Virus record (IMG/VR): IMGVR_UViG_3300008119_000039
Span: 1-64,000 of that record
Length of the DNA: 64,000 nt
Strand: one strand, 5' to 3'
Origin: a virus
The notes under the pieces were generated by a model. That model saw only the letters and a list, made by a program, of their open reading frames with translations. It did not search any database and was not told the origin of the DNA. The position numbers were made by a program, and so were the translations under genes. Shown here piece by piece: positions 48,953-57,354 of the stretch. Position 1 is the first letter of the stretch; each line of letters opens with the position of its first letter.

Positions 48953-49000
48953 ATGTCAGTAGAAGAATATTGGAAATGGATTCACGATAACGTACAATAA
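48953..49000 (+). CDS. Candidate 15-aa peptide MSVEEYWKWIHDNVQ
   Basis: Strong AAGGAG RBS at 48941. Confidence 0.4.
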   Translation: MSVEEYWKWIHDNVQ

Positions 49001-49006
49001 AAATTT

Positions 49007-49091
49007 GCGACTGTGGTGAAATAGGTAGACACAAGAGACTTAAAATCTCTCGCTGCAGAGCGTACCAGTTCGATTCTGGTCAGTCGCACCA
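49007..49091 (+). tRNA. tRNA-Leu(TAA)
   Basis: Cloverleaf, AGAGA-CT-TAA-AA-TCTCT, long variable arm, CCA. Confidence 0.95.
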
Positions 49092-49096
49092 AATTT

Positions 49097-49173
49097 GTCT
49101 CGTTAGCTCAGTTGGATAGAGCAACAGCCTTCTAAGCTGTGGGTCAGGAGTTCGAATCTCTTACGAGACGCCA
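49097..49173 (+). tRNA. tRNA-Arg(TCT)
   Basis: ACAGC-CT-TCT-AA-GCTGT, TTCGAAT, CCA. Confidence 0.95.
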
Positions 49174-49180
49174 AGTTGTT

Positions 49181-49255
49181 GGGCTGATAGCTTAATGGTA
49201 AAGCGTTCGACTCATAATCGATTGAGTGAGAGTTCAATTCTCTCTCAGCCCACCA
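49181..49255 (+). tRNA. tRNA-CAT (elongator Met or Ile2)
   Basis: G1-C72 paired acceptor, CT-CAT-AA loop, CCA. Confidence 0.85.
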
Positions 49256-49733
49256 CTACTTTAATTGGGAAAGGTTTTCTAGAGTTTGCGTATTCTTTTG
49301 CAAAAGGAACTGTTGAGCAACCATTTGTTTCGTCGCATTTGCCAGCGAATCGCTCGCATGTATTTGTAAGACAGTTAGTTAATTGCCTTACAGGTAATCC
49401 AGTTATAATGTTTATAACTTCTACTTTTGAAAGTATTTTATTTTGTTGATTCCAAACTCTTGCCTCATCTCTAATGAGTTCAGTAGAATCTACGTAATCA
49501 ACAAAGAAATCTCTGGCATAAGTAACAGTTTTAAATATACCTAGTTTTGTATGAAGAACATAGTTGTCTTCTTCATCTCGTTCTCGAGTGACTTCTAATT
49601 TATGTTTAAAGAAATACTTTTTATTTTTAATCAGTAAGTTTTGCATTAATGTGTTCATTTCTTGAACATCACCAACGTCACGATGAAAAAGATCTTCTTT
49701 TGTGTTTATAAGTTTCATTGATAAAAGATACAT
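49245..49733 (-). CDS. Hypothetical protein on the reverse strand within the tRNA array
   Basis: 162 aa, GGAG RBS on the minus strand, fills the tRNA-free gap; Cys-rich C-terminus. Confidence 0.65.
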   Translation of the reverse strand: MYLLSMKLINTKEDLFHRDVGDVQEMNTLMQNLLIKNKKYFFKHKLEVTRERDEEDNYVLHTKLGIFKTVTYARDFFVDYVDSTELIRDEARVWNQQNKILSKVEVINIITGLPVRQLTNCLTNTCERFAGKCDETNGCSTVPFAKEYANSRKPFPIKVVVG

Positions 49734-49754
49734 ATTTCTCCCAAGTAGTTTTAT

Positions 49755-49831
49755 GTGGGTGTGCTGCTGAATGGTTAGGCGACGGATTGCAAATCCGTTT
49801 TATGCAGGTTCAAGTCCTGTCACCCACTCCA
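49755..49831 (+). tRNA. tRNA-Cys(GCA)
   Basis: ACGGA-TT-GCA-AA-TCCGT, U discriminator, CCA. Confidence 0.92.
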
Positions 49832-49840
49832 AAATAATAT

Positions 49841-49869
49841 TTTACTTTAATTCACTTTTAAAGTATAAT
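49841..49869 (+). promoter_or_regulatory. sigma70-type promoter within the tRNA cluster
   Basis: TTTACT-TTAATTC..-TATAAT. Confidence 0.75.
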
Positions 49870-49890
49870 TGTATTTAGTTAGTTATTAAT

Positions 49891-49966
49891 GCTCGGTTCG
49901 TCTATCGGTCTAGGACACTGCCCTTTCACGGCAGGAAGAGGGGTTCGATTCCCCTACCGAGTACCA
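49891..49966 (+). tRNA. tRNA-Glu(TTC)
   Basis: CTGCC-CT-TTC-AC-GGCAG, CCA. Confidence 0.93.
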
Positions 49967-49967
49967 T

Positions 49968-50052
49968 GGAGATGTAGGAAAATTGGTAACCCCAGCTGAC
50001 TGTAAATCAGCCACCTCTGGTATTGTTGGTTCAAGTCCAGCCATCTCCACCA
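49968..50052 (+). tRNA. tRNA-Tyr(GTA)
   Basis: GCTGA-CT-GTA-AA-TCAGC, long variable arm, CCA. Confidence 0.92.
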
Positions 50053-50053
50053 A

Positions 50054-50267
50054 ATCTCGTCGGTAGCAAACGTGATTGCTATAGCTTACTCAGTTTCATC
50101 GAGTCGGAGGTGGTCATCCGTAAAGCAGAGTGCCCAGTATTTTCCAGGAAAAATACATAAAAGGGAGTCCGAACCACTGGATAGAACTGTAACTATCAAG
50201 AGATCAAAACACAGTGACAGAGTGTGCAACTCAAGTAGGGGCGATGTGGAAGTTGTAGCCTACACCA
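50054..50267 (+). ncRNA. Candidate structured ncRNA with two pseudoknots and a 3' ACCA
   Basis: Several hairpins, two loop-distal pairings, GTAGG/CCTAC stem followed by ACCA; lies between tRNAs. Confidence 0.65.
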
Positions 50268-50273
50268 AATTAT

Positions 50274-50347
50274 AGCGGATTAGAGAAACGGTATCTCGGA
50301 AGTTTCATATGCTTCAGTTGTTGGTTCGATTCCAGCATCCGCAACCA
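50274..50347 (+). tRNA. Initiator-like tRNA-Met(CAT), atypical anticodon arm
   Basis: A1:A72 mismatch, GAAGT-TT-CAT-AT-GCTTC, CCA. Confidence 0.8.
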
Positions 50348-50364
50348 AACATAAGTAGTAGTGA

Positions 50365-50448
50365 GCGCAAGTGGTGGAATGGTATACACGCTGGTCTTAG
50401 AAGCCAGTTCCGAAGGGATTGAGAGTTCGAGTCTCTCCTTGCGCACCA
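50365..50448 (+). tRNA. tRNA-Leu(TAG)
   Basis: CTGGT-CT-TAG-AA-GCCAG, long variable arm, CCA. Confidence 0.95.
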
Positions 50449-50475
50449 AATAACAATAACTGAAAGAGGTTAATC

Positions 50476-50652
50476 ATGGCAACAAAAGGTGGTAATCAAA
50501 AAACTCGTAAAGCAGATCCAATGAAAACCAAGACTGGCAAAGATCGTCTTGGTCCATTAAATGTTGCACAGTTGACTGCATTAAAAGAAAGAACTTCTCA
50601 TAAGAAAACAATTGCCAAGATTCAAAAAGAAATAGATCGTAAATCAAAGTAA
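50476..50652 (+). CDS. Small basic protein (58 aa, not in ORF track)
   Basis: GAGGT RBS; MATKGGNQKTRKADPMKTKTGKDRLGPLN... Confidence 0.65.
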   Translation: MATKGGNQKTRKADPMKTKTGKDRLGPLNVAQLTALKERTSHKKTIAKIQKEIDRKSK

Positions 50653-50677
50653 AGAATATTCCGCAGTAGTTTAGTTT

Positions 50678-50753
50678 GCCCCAGTAGCTCATTTGGTAGA
50701 GCAACTGATTAGTAATCAGTAGGTGGGCGGTTCGAATCCGTCCTGGGGCACCA
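50678..50753 (+). tRNA. tRNA-Thr(AGT)
   Basis: GCCCCAG/CTGGGGC acceptor, ACTGA-TT-AGT-AA-TCAGT, CCA. Confidence 0.9.
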
Positions 50754-50757
50754 ATAT

Positions 50758-50831
50758 GTCTCGATGGTGTAATGGCAGCATAAGTGTCTCCAAAACACTT
50801 GGTTGGGGTTCGAGTCCCTATCGGGATGCCA
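50758..50831 (+). tRNA. tRNA-Trp(CCA)
   Basis: AGTGT-CT-CCA-AA-ACACT, G discriminator, CCA. Confidence 0.9.
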
Positions 50832-50836
50832 AATAT

Positions 50837-50910
50837 GCAGGTAAGCCTAAGGTGGGACGCCAGCCTTCCAAGCTGCGCTGAGTGGAGTTCGATTCTCCCT
50901 ACCTGCTCCA
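50837..50910 (+). tRNA. tRNA-Gly(TCC)
   Basis: CAGC-CT-TCC-AA-GCTG, U discriminator, CCA; atypical D arm. Confidence 0.85.
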
Positions 50911-50930
50911 ATTTTTTAATGGAGTGTAAT

Positions 50931-51413
50931 ATGAAACGTATCGACATCGATGAAGTAAAACAATTCATCGAAGCACAGAGTCCCAGCACTAAGATCTATA
51001 TCGGTGGTGACTCTGACAGATTTCTTATCGGAAAAGATTGGTACGCAGATTACACACTTGCCATTGTTGTTCATATTAATGGTAATAATGGATGTAAAAT
51101 ATTTGGCGAAGTTCATCGTGAGCGTGACTACGACCAGAGAAGAGATAAACCACGTATGCGTTTAATGAATGAAGTTTATAAGATTGCTGACTTGTATTTA
51201 AAATTACATGATGTATTAGAAGATCGTCAGGTAGAAGTACACCTAGATATTAACCCAAACGAAATGTATGGTTCGTCATGCGTTATCAATGAAGCAGTTG
51301 GATATATTCGTGGAATGTGCAACGTAATTCCAATGGTTAAACCAAATGCATTCGCTGCTAGTTACTGTGCAGATCGTATGAAACAAATTATGTCTGACCG
51401 TAAGGCAGCATAA
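50931..51413 (+). CDS. RNase H-like YkuK-family protein
   Basis: IYIGGDS, RLMNEV, EVHLDIN, KPNAFAAS..AD. Confidence 0.8.
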   Translation: MKRIDIDEVKQFIEAQSPSTKIYIGGDSDRFLIGKDWYADYTLAIVVHINGNNGCKIFGEVHRERDYDQRRDKPRMRLMNEVYKIADLYLKLHDVLEDRQVEVHLDINPNEMYGSSCVINEAVGYIRGMCNVIPMVKPNAFAASYCADRMKQIMSDRKAA

Positions 51414-51416
51414 ATA
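51409..51416 (+). promoter_or_regulatory. T4-type late promoter
   Basis: CATAAATA upstream of the oxygenase island. Confidence 0.55.
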
Positions 51417-51439
51417 TATACATTGATAACTGAGGTGAT

Positions 51440-52174
51440 ATGAAAACATATAGTGTTGAAACTTACGATGACTTGATACCTGACGATCTTAGATGGAGAG
51501 TCTGGGAATATATTCAAAATCAAACATTTCATGCTACCCGCAAAGATGTGTCCTACCCAACTCCTGGACACATCATTCACTATAAACCTATCGATAACAA
51601 GAAAGAATATCTTGACGATAGCGTACCTTCAGTAAACAATCAATACATGCATCGTTGTGTCTTTGGCGATTCCGAAAATGAATTGTTGTTTAAACACAAA
51701 GTTATACACGAACTTTGGAAAACAATAAACAAGTCTACAGGTAACAAGTATGAGATAGCTGGAGACCAAGAAGGTATTGCAGATACTCCACCAAGATTGG
51801 CTCGTGTTTATTGTAATGCTCAACCAGAAGAAACTATTAAACGAAGTCATGGCATACATAGAGATACCATTGACCTAGATGAAACAAAACATTTCACATT
51901 AATGTATATTGCCAATCTACATTGGTATCCAACATGGATGGCAGAAAATGTTTTTTATTCAGAAGATGCTAGTACAAGTGATAATCAAATCTGGCAACGT
52001 GGTTACGGACAATCTCGAGGTTTCCCTGTTGGATGGCCATATAAAATAGTTTCTCCTGTTGCTGGACGTGTAATCATTTATGACGGAAGAGCATTGCATA
52101 CTACAAAACCATGTGCCCCATGGGCTGACGAAATGCGTTATGCTGTAATTTTTAGAATTCGTGAAAAGGATTGA
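51440..52174 (+). CDS. 2OG-Fe(II) oxygenase
   Basis: HRD...GRVIIYDGRALH...RYAVIF. Confidence 0.75.
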   Translation: MKTYSVETYDDLIPDDLRWRVWEYIQNQTFHATRKDVSYPTPGHIIHYKPIDNKKEYLDDSVPSVNNQYMHRCVFGDSENELLFKHKVIHELWKTINKSTGNKYEIAGDQEGIADTPPRLARVYCNAQPEETIKRSHGIHRDTIDLDETKHFTLMYIANLHWYPTWMAENVFYSEDASTSDNQIWQRGYGQSRGFPVGWPYKIVSPVAGRVIIYDGRALHTTKPCAPWADEMRYAVIFRIREKD

Positions 52175-52175
52175 T

Positions 52176-52868
52176 ATGGAATCTATGGAACAAAAACCAA
52201 TTACTTATGTAAAACATAATGATGAGGTTATTGATGAAGTACACAATCTCTGGCAAACTCCAGTAATTACTGCCAGACCATTTAGTGAAGACTTTATCTG
52301 TCAACTAGAAGAAGATGTAAAGTATCTGTTAAAACCTGGAGCACCTGCCACACTAAACAAAACTAATATCTGGGAATTGCCTGATCTACCTGATAGCTTT
52401 AGGGAAGTAGAGAAAAAGTTTATCGAACTAACAGACAAGTACTATCGTCCACTAACAGAAATGCCCTTACCACCACTGTACTGTTCAAAGGGTTACTTCA
52501 GAGATATTAAACAGAATAGTATATATCGTATTTCACCACATAAGCATGCTCAGACATTGGGTGTTGGTATAATCTATCTTACTGTGCCAAAACGCAATGC
52601 TGGTAATCTAGTTTTACTGGACCCTCGTGGTGGCGTTATGTGGCACAATCAATTCACGCCATTTAAACGTATTGCTGTTGAGCGTGGTTTGCTGGTTATT
52701 CATCCAGGATATCTCGTACACTTTGTGGAACCAACTGATTATGACAACGCTAGATATGATTATAGAAATGCATTGGTTTCTAATATTCACTGGAAGCACG
52801 CTGACTTTATTAAAGAACTTGAAAAGAATGAAGAATCCGTTTTTAAAATGGGGAGCATAGAAGTATGA
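52176..52868 (+). CDS. 2OG-Fe(II) oxygenase (paralog of 43672-44235)
   Basis: HKH..IYL..DPRGG..HPGYLVH..RNALVSN. Confidence 0.75.
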   Translation: MESMEQKPITYVKHNDEVIDEVHNLWQTPVITARPFSEDFICQLEEDVKYLLKPGAPATLNKTNIWELPDLPDSFREVEKKFIELTDKYYRPLTEMPLPPLYCSKGYFRDIKQNSIYRISPHKHAQTLGVGIIYLTVPKRNAGNLVLLDPRGGVMWHNQFTPFKRIAVERGLLVIHPGYLVHFVEPTDYDNARYDYRNALVSNIHWKHADFIKELEKNEESVFKMGSIEV

Positions 52869-53509
52869 TAAAGGTTAATATACCTCCTAGAAAAAAATCA
52901 AATCCTGGGGATACTGTAGAAACAGAATTTCTTTTTAAAATTTTGCCAGATTTACCACATCCACCTGAAGAGTTATTGCGTCAAAACTTAGCCACAAATA
53001 AACACAATAACATACCACAAATTCCGCACTTTGATGGATTCAAACGGGAAGATGGACAAACTGTTTCTCCAGAAATCAAAGCGTGGTTGTGTCCAGATAA
53101 TTTAGATAAATGGGTACAGGACAATATTGGTCCAACCAATCGTGGATTGATATATCGTAAAGTCTTGATTCAAGATGATAAGAAATTTTACCCACCACAT
53201 ATAGATGTAAATCGTAAATTTGTTATGCTCTATAATTTGGTGGATTCGGGTGGTGAGTTTTGTTACTGGCAAGAAAAGAACTTGCCTGTTATAAGAAGTA
53301 TGCTAACTCGTGCTATGTGTTTTGATTATTCACAATTAACATTGATTGAGAAGTTTGTTCCACCAGTTAGAACTTGGTACCTAACTAATGTTCAAGCATT
53401 ACACAGTGTTGAGAACTTATCTGCAGTTAGAGAGAATATTCAGTTTAATCTTGAGCCATGGGATCCGTTGGTAGTTGAACATTTAAAACCTATTAATAGA
53501 AATGTTTGA
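52865..53509 (+). CDS. Putative 2OG-Fe(II) oxygenase-fold protein
   Basis: PPHID...LHSVEN...RENIQ. Confidence 0.6.
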   Translation: MIKVNIPPRKKSNPGDTVETEFLFKILPDLPHPPEELLRQNLATNKHNNIPQIPHFDGFKREDGQTVSPEIKAWLCPDNLDKWVQDNIGPTNRGLIYRKVLIQDDKKFYPPHIDVNRKFVMLYNLVDSGGEFCYWQEKNLPVIRSMLTRAMCFDYSQLTLIEKFVPPVRTWYLTNVQALHSVENLSAVRENIQFNLEPWDPLVVEHLKPINRNV

Positions 53510-54236
53510 GCAGTTTATTGAATCCGATGTTAGGAAGACTAGATTACATTTACCTGTAAATGAAGAGTCTGTTAGTAAAAAACTAACTGCCATGCTACCC
53601 AGCGATATAATTGATAATGCTACTATTTTAGATTTAGGATGTGCAACAGGTTCAGCTGGACATTGGTGCAATTTAAACAAATGTAAAAGTTATACTGGTG
53701 TAGAATTACAAGATAATTATTATAGAACAGCAAAACAGCTTTTACCAGATTCAGAAATCGTACAGAGTGATGTAATTGAGTTTTTAAAAACCACAGATAG
53801 AAATTGGGAAGTTGTAATTGCCGCTGGTTTATTGCATGGTGTGTTCAATCCATTTGAAATCATTTCATTGATAGACAAAGTAGCTACTGATTATATTATC
53901 ATTGAAAATAATGAAACAGTTGAAGGTAAAATTCCAAGCATTCATTTCCGCAAAACCAATATGGTTAATGATACCGATATGAATAATCCCTACTATGGAT
54001 ATGCTACTTATATTGGTAGTTCTGCTCTTGAGTTTATTATGAATGAATATGGTTGGGTGGGTACTAGAGTTTATCCTGAAGAACTAATTAATGGAATAGA
54101 TCCATATCACCACAAAACAGTTTTTGATCCTAGTATTCCTGAACACGTACATAGATACATATACATCTTTCAAAGATCTAATACCATAAAGCAATCACTT
54201 GAGCATTTAGTAAGGAATTCAAATGTGGAAGTTTGA
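53502..54236 (+). CDS. Class I SAM-dependent methyltransferase-like protein
   Basis: ILDLGCATG, YTGVE, AGLLHG. Confidence 0.8.
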   Translation: MFEQFIESDVRKTRLHLPVNEESVSKKLTAMLPSDIIDNATILDLGCATGSAGHWCNLNKCKSYTGVELQDNYYRTAKQLLPDSEIVQSDVIEFLKTTDRNWEVVIAAGLLHGVFNPFEIISLIDKVATDYIIIENNETVEGKIPSIHFRKTNMVNDTDMNNPYYGYATYIGSSALEFIMNEYGWVGTRVYPEELINGIDPYHHKTVFDPSIPEHVHRYIYIFQRSNTIKQSLEHLVRNSNVEV

Positions 54237-54840
54237 TAAGGAAGTTGCTGATAGATTTGAAACTGAGGCTATAAACAATATTCCAGATTACCATCGTGTA
54301 ATTGATATGTGTGTAGATATAGCCAAGCAAAAAAGGTTTTCTAGCGAAATAAATGTAGTTGACGTTGGCAGTGCACTTGGATTCACTGTTGATAGATTTA
54401 TCAATGCTGATTATCCTTACACATATGGTGTTGAGTCCAGTGCAGATATGATTGAAAAATCTTTACATAAAGATAAAATTTTTATGTCAAACACATTCCC
54501 AGTTATGCCAGTTGAATTTGTAATGGCTAATTGGACTCTGCACTTTGTAAAAGAACGCAAACAGTATATACAAGACATATACAATAATATGACTGGTGGT
54601 GTGTTTATACTATCAGAAAAAACTACACAGACCAAAGAAGTGAAAGAGTTGTACTATAACTTCAAGATAGCTAATGGTGTCTCTGAAGAATACATAGCAA
54701 AGAAAGAACAGCTACTACAGGGATTTATGGATTTGTACCCAGTAGATTGGTACATACAAACCTTAACTGACGTAGGGTTTAAAAACATACAGATTATAAA
54801 TGCAAGATACGGATTTGTAACTTTCTATTGTGAGAAATAA
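54223..54840 (+). CDS. CmoA-like carboxy-SAM synthase/methyltransferase
   Basis: WKFD.EVA.RF..IPDY, DVGSALG, NWTLHF, LSEK. Confidence 0.7.
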   Translation: MWKFDKEVADRFETEAINNIPDYHRVIDMCVDIAKQKRFSSEINVVDVGSALGFTVDRFINADYPYTYGVESSADMIEKSLHKDKIFMSNTFPVMPVEFVMANWTLHFVKERKQYIQDIYNNMTGGVFILSEKTTQTKEVKELYYNFKIANGVSEEYIAKKEQLLQGFMDLYPVDWYIQTLTDVGFKNIQIINARYGFVTFYCEK

Positions 54841-55328
54841 TGAGATATCATTGTCTAAAAGAATTTGCAAATATACCATTTCATGTGGTTGAAGAAGCTA
54901 AACGTGCCACATATGAAATGGGTAGATACCCAAATGTACTAAAAGCTGGATCATCATTTAATCACAGTTCAATTATGAAATCACTGCGTAAACAATTTGG
55001 TGATAATGTTGGTGGTATATACATAAAAAATAATCCTTGGTCATTTTATGACTGGCACATCGATATGAATAGACAATGTTCTATAAATTGGTTATTAAAA
55101 ACCAATTCAAATGCACTGACATTACATCGAGAGAAAACTGAACCCGAAAGATTAAACTCTATAATATATAACATATTTCCAGTCGAATACGTTTTATATA
55201 AACCAACTATTATGGACACTACAGTAGAACACTGCGTAATCAATTCTTCAGATGAAGAACGAATCATATTCAGCGTTAGTTTAGATGTTCCTTTTAATGA
55301 TGTGAAAGGATTCCTCAGTGTGGTTTAA
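54840..55328 (+). CDS. Putative 2OG-Fe(II) oxygenase-fold protein
   Basis: WHID..RQCSIN...EHCVIN...RIIFS. Confidence 0.6.
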   Translation: MRYHCLKEFANIPFHVVEEAKRATYEMGRYPNVLKAGSSFNHSSIMKSLRKQFGDNVGGIYIKNNPWSFYDWHIDMNRQCSINWLLKTNSNALTLHREKTEPERLNSIIYNIFPVEYVLYKPTIMDTTVEHCVINSSDEERIIFSVSLDVPFNDVKGFLSVV

Positions 55329-55578
55329 CAATCATCTAAAAGAAGCTGCACTTTACTCCAGAACTAAGACTGGCGTAAAGTTTTATTTCATTCATATGAT
55401 ATGGGCAATACACTTGGCTAGTTTACTATTTGTGTGGTCATTACTTATGATAGTACATGCCATTGTACCGCAGTTAGTTGGGTTTGTAGTTATAGATAAA
55501 ATGATAAACTTACTAAAAAATCTTAAAACAAAACATCCTGATGATCCTATACTATCTAAAATAAAATTTGATGAGTAG
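55318..55578 (+). CDS. Small membrane protein
   Basis: HLKE...YFIH...IVHAIVP. Confidence 0.6.
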   Translation: MWFNNHLKEAALYSRTKTGVKFYFIHMIWAIHLASLLFVWSLLMIVHAIVPQLVGFVVIDKMINLLKNLKTKHPDDPILSKIKFDE

Positions 55579-56272
55579 ATACGAAATAACTAGAGTTGGC
55601 TTACCAATTACACGTGCCACGGTAACTGATGAGTTTTTAGATATAATTACAGAACTTAAAAGCAATCCAAAATCTATTGCAATAACAGTTAGTGATGATT
55701 CTAAAAACGCACCAGAAGGTTATCGCATACTGGAACAAAACGGTATAACCTACACTAACATTGATGTTTGGGAATCTGATAGAGATCCAGTTAAGGCAAC
55801 TCTAAAGTTACTAAGTACGTTAAAGCAAATGCACAGTGAGTTGTTGTTTGACCATGTTATGTTATTTACACCTGGAAATCCATATATTGATGATGCAATT
55901 ACCAAAGTGTTATTGTCTGCGTATGACGATATAAAAGTTGTTACAACAAAAAGTGCCGCAGAAATTAGCAGTGATGTTATTATAGAACTAACCAATCGTA
56001 ATACTATAATCCGAAATTATTACGACGACTTTGTGTTGATGTTAAATCCAACCATAGATAGATCTCGGGTGAATATTTTTAGTTGTTTACAAAATCTATA
56101 TAATGTAGATTTACGCACAGTGATAACTACCTTACAACCTACCAAGGTAATAACGGTAACCATAGGTGCAGAAACTATTACGAAGCAGTATACGTATGAA
56201 GAGATCCTAGAATGTAGTGACACACTATCCAGCAGCGATACTACGTATACATTTGGGTTTATATTTGACTAA
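55571..56272 (+). CDS. Tetrapyrrole-methylase-fold-like protein
   Basis: RVGL...VMLFTPGNPYIDD...IKVVTTKSA weakly resembles class III methylase motifs. Confidence 0.45.
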   Translation: MSRYEITRVGLPITRATVTDEFLDIITELKSNPKSIAITVSDDSKNAPEGYRILEQNGITYTNIDVWESDRDPVKATLKLLSTLKQMHSELLFDHVMLFTPGNPYIDDAITKVLLSAYDDIKVVTTKSAAEISSDVIIELTNRNTIIRNYYDDFVLMLNPTIDRSRVNIFSCLQNLYNVDLRTVITTLQPTKVITVTIGAETITKQYTYEEILECSDTLSSSDTTYTFGFIFD

Positions 56273-56281
56273 GGAGAAATT

Positions 56282-56476
56282 ATGACAGAACCACTATCAT
56301 TTAAAGAGCAATGGGAAGCAAAGAAGCTACTCAAGAAGTCAAAGAAGAAAGCACGCAATAATGCCATGAAGGAACACGGCATGACCAAAAGCGAAGCTAC
56401 CTCGGCAGTTAAAAAAGCAGTAGGTCGCATTGCTTCAAACAAACCAACCACACGTTCAGCTGGTAGAGGTCGATAA
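56282..56476 (+). CDS. Small basic protein
   Basis: AAGGAG RBS; Lys/Arg-rich. Confidence 0.65.
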   Translation: MTEPLSFKEQWEAKKLLKKSKKKARNNAMKEHGMTKSEATSAVKKAVGRIASNKPTTRSAGRGR

Positions 56477-57354
56477 TGCGTTTATTTGTTATGGTGGTAT
56501 CGCTGCTATTAAGCACAGTAGTTACAGCCCAAGAAACTGTGCGTATCTATAGTCCGTACTCAGCAACGCATTCTGGTACGCCAGCAATGTACCGTATTAT
56601 TGAAGAAGCCAATAAGTCTCAGAACATCTATAAGTTTATTCTTGAGTTCAAACCAGGTGGTAACCAGATTATTGCTCTGAAAGCCATGGACGAAAACAGT
56701 CTAGGTATTATTGCACCTGCATTCGTTGAGAACGTAAACAAAGGTGCTATCAAAGAAGAATACATTCCCATTCATACCATCGGTGACGCATGCTGGGTAG
56801 TTATTACCAATGGTTCAATTAAGGGCATCAAGGAACTAACAGTTGGTGGTGTGGGTTTTGGTAACTCGGCTCACCTAACTGGTTTATCCATGGGTGAAAA
56901 GTACGGATTTGCAGTTCGATATATTGTTTTTAAATCCAACAACGATGCTCTGGTAAATATGGCAGGCAATAATGGCGTAACTATGGTTGTTGATCGTTGG
57001 GAAGCATATGAAGCAATGAAAACCAAGAATCCAAATCTAGAAGCATTCGCAGCATCTTGTCCAACCAGATTACCCCAAGCACCAAAGTTAAAGACACTGG
57101 CAGAAATGGGAATCCGTGCACCATACGTATTTAACATTACAGTTGCACCAAAGTCAATGGATTTTGTAAAGCGTAGAGTTATTGGCATTATACTAAACGA
57201 TGCTCAGAACAAAGTTGGAGCAGATGAGATATTCAAGATCTCAGGTATGAAGATACCAAAAGAATCTCCTGAGCAATTCTATACAAAATCAATTAATACG
57301 GTACGCACGCTACAAGATAAGTATCGTAAAGAAATCGAGGAAGCCAGTCGATGA
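56476..57354 (+). CDS. Second, divergent Bug/TctC-family periplasmic binding protein
   Basis: Signal peptide; EFKPGG, GFGNSAHL, RLPQAP..TLAEMG. Confidence 0.7.
   Translation: MRLFVMVVSLLLSTVVTAQETVRIYSPYSATHSGTPAMYRIIEEANKSQNIYKFILEFKPGGNQIIALKAMDENSLGIIAPAFVENVNKGAIKEEYIPIHTIGDACWVVITNGSIKGIKELTVGGVGFGNSAHLTGLSMGEKYGFAVRYIVFKSNNDALVNMAGNNGVTMVVDRWEAYEAMKTKNPNLEAFAASCPTRLPQAPKLKTLAEMGIRAPYVFNITVAPKSMDFVKRRVIGIILNDAQNKVGADEIFKISGMKIPKESPEQFYTKSINTVRTLQDKYRKEIEEASR

Noticed and set aside
50054-50267. tmRNA interpretation of the pseudoknotted RNA
   Set aside because: No GGGG 5' acceptor strand with G3-U, no canonical T-loop, and no convincing tag frame ending in Ala-Ala-stop
50072-50275. 67-aa ORF in the tRNA cluster
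   Set aside because: No clear RBS, and it coincides with a densely base-paired CCA-ending element better explained as RNA
49007-50448. Suppressor tRNAs or stop-codon recoding suggested by TAA and TAG anticodons
   Set aside because: These anticodons read the Leu codons TTA and CTA; genes translate intact in the standard code and use TAG and TGA as stops
50660-50670. TCCGCAGTAG resembling a tRNA 5' end
   Set aside because: Only about 10 nt with no remaining cloverleaf; at most a remnant
50474-50989. 171-aa minus-strand ORF and the 5' extension of ORF 50784
   Set aside because: Both overlap the Thr/Trp/Gly tRNA genes; the real CDS starts at 50931 after a GGAG RBS
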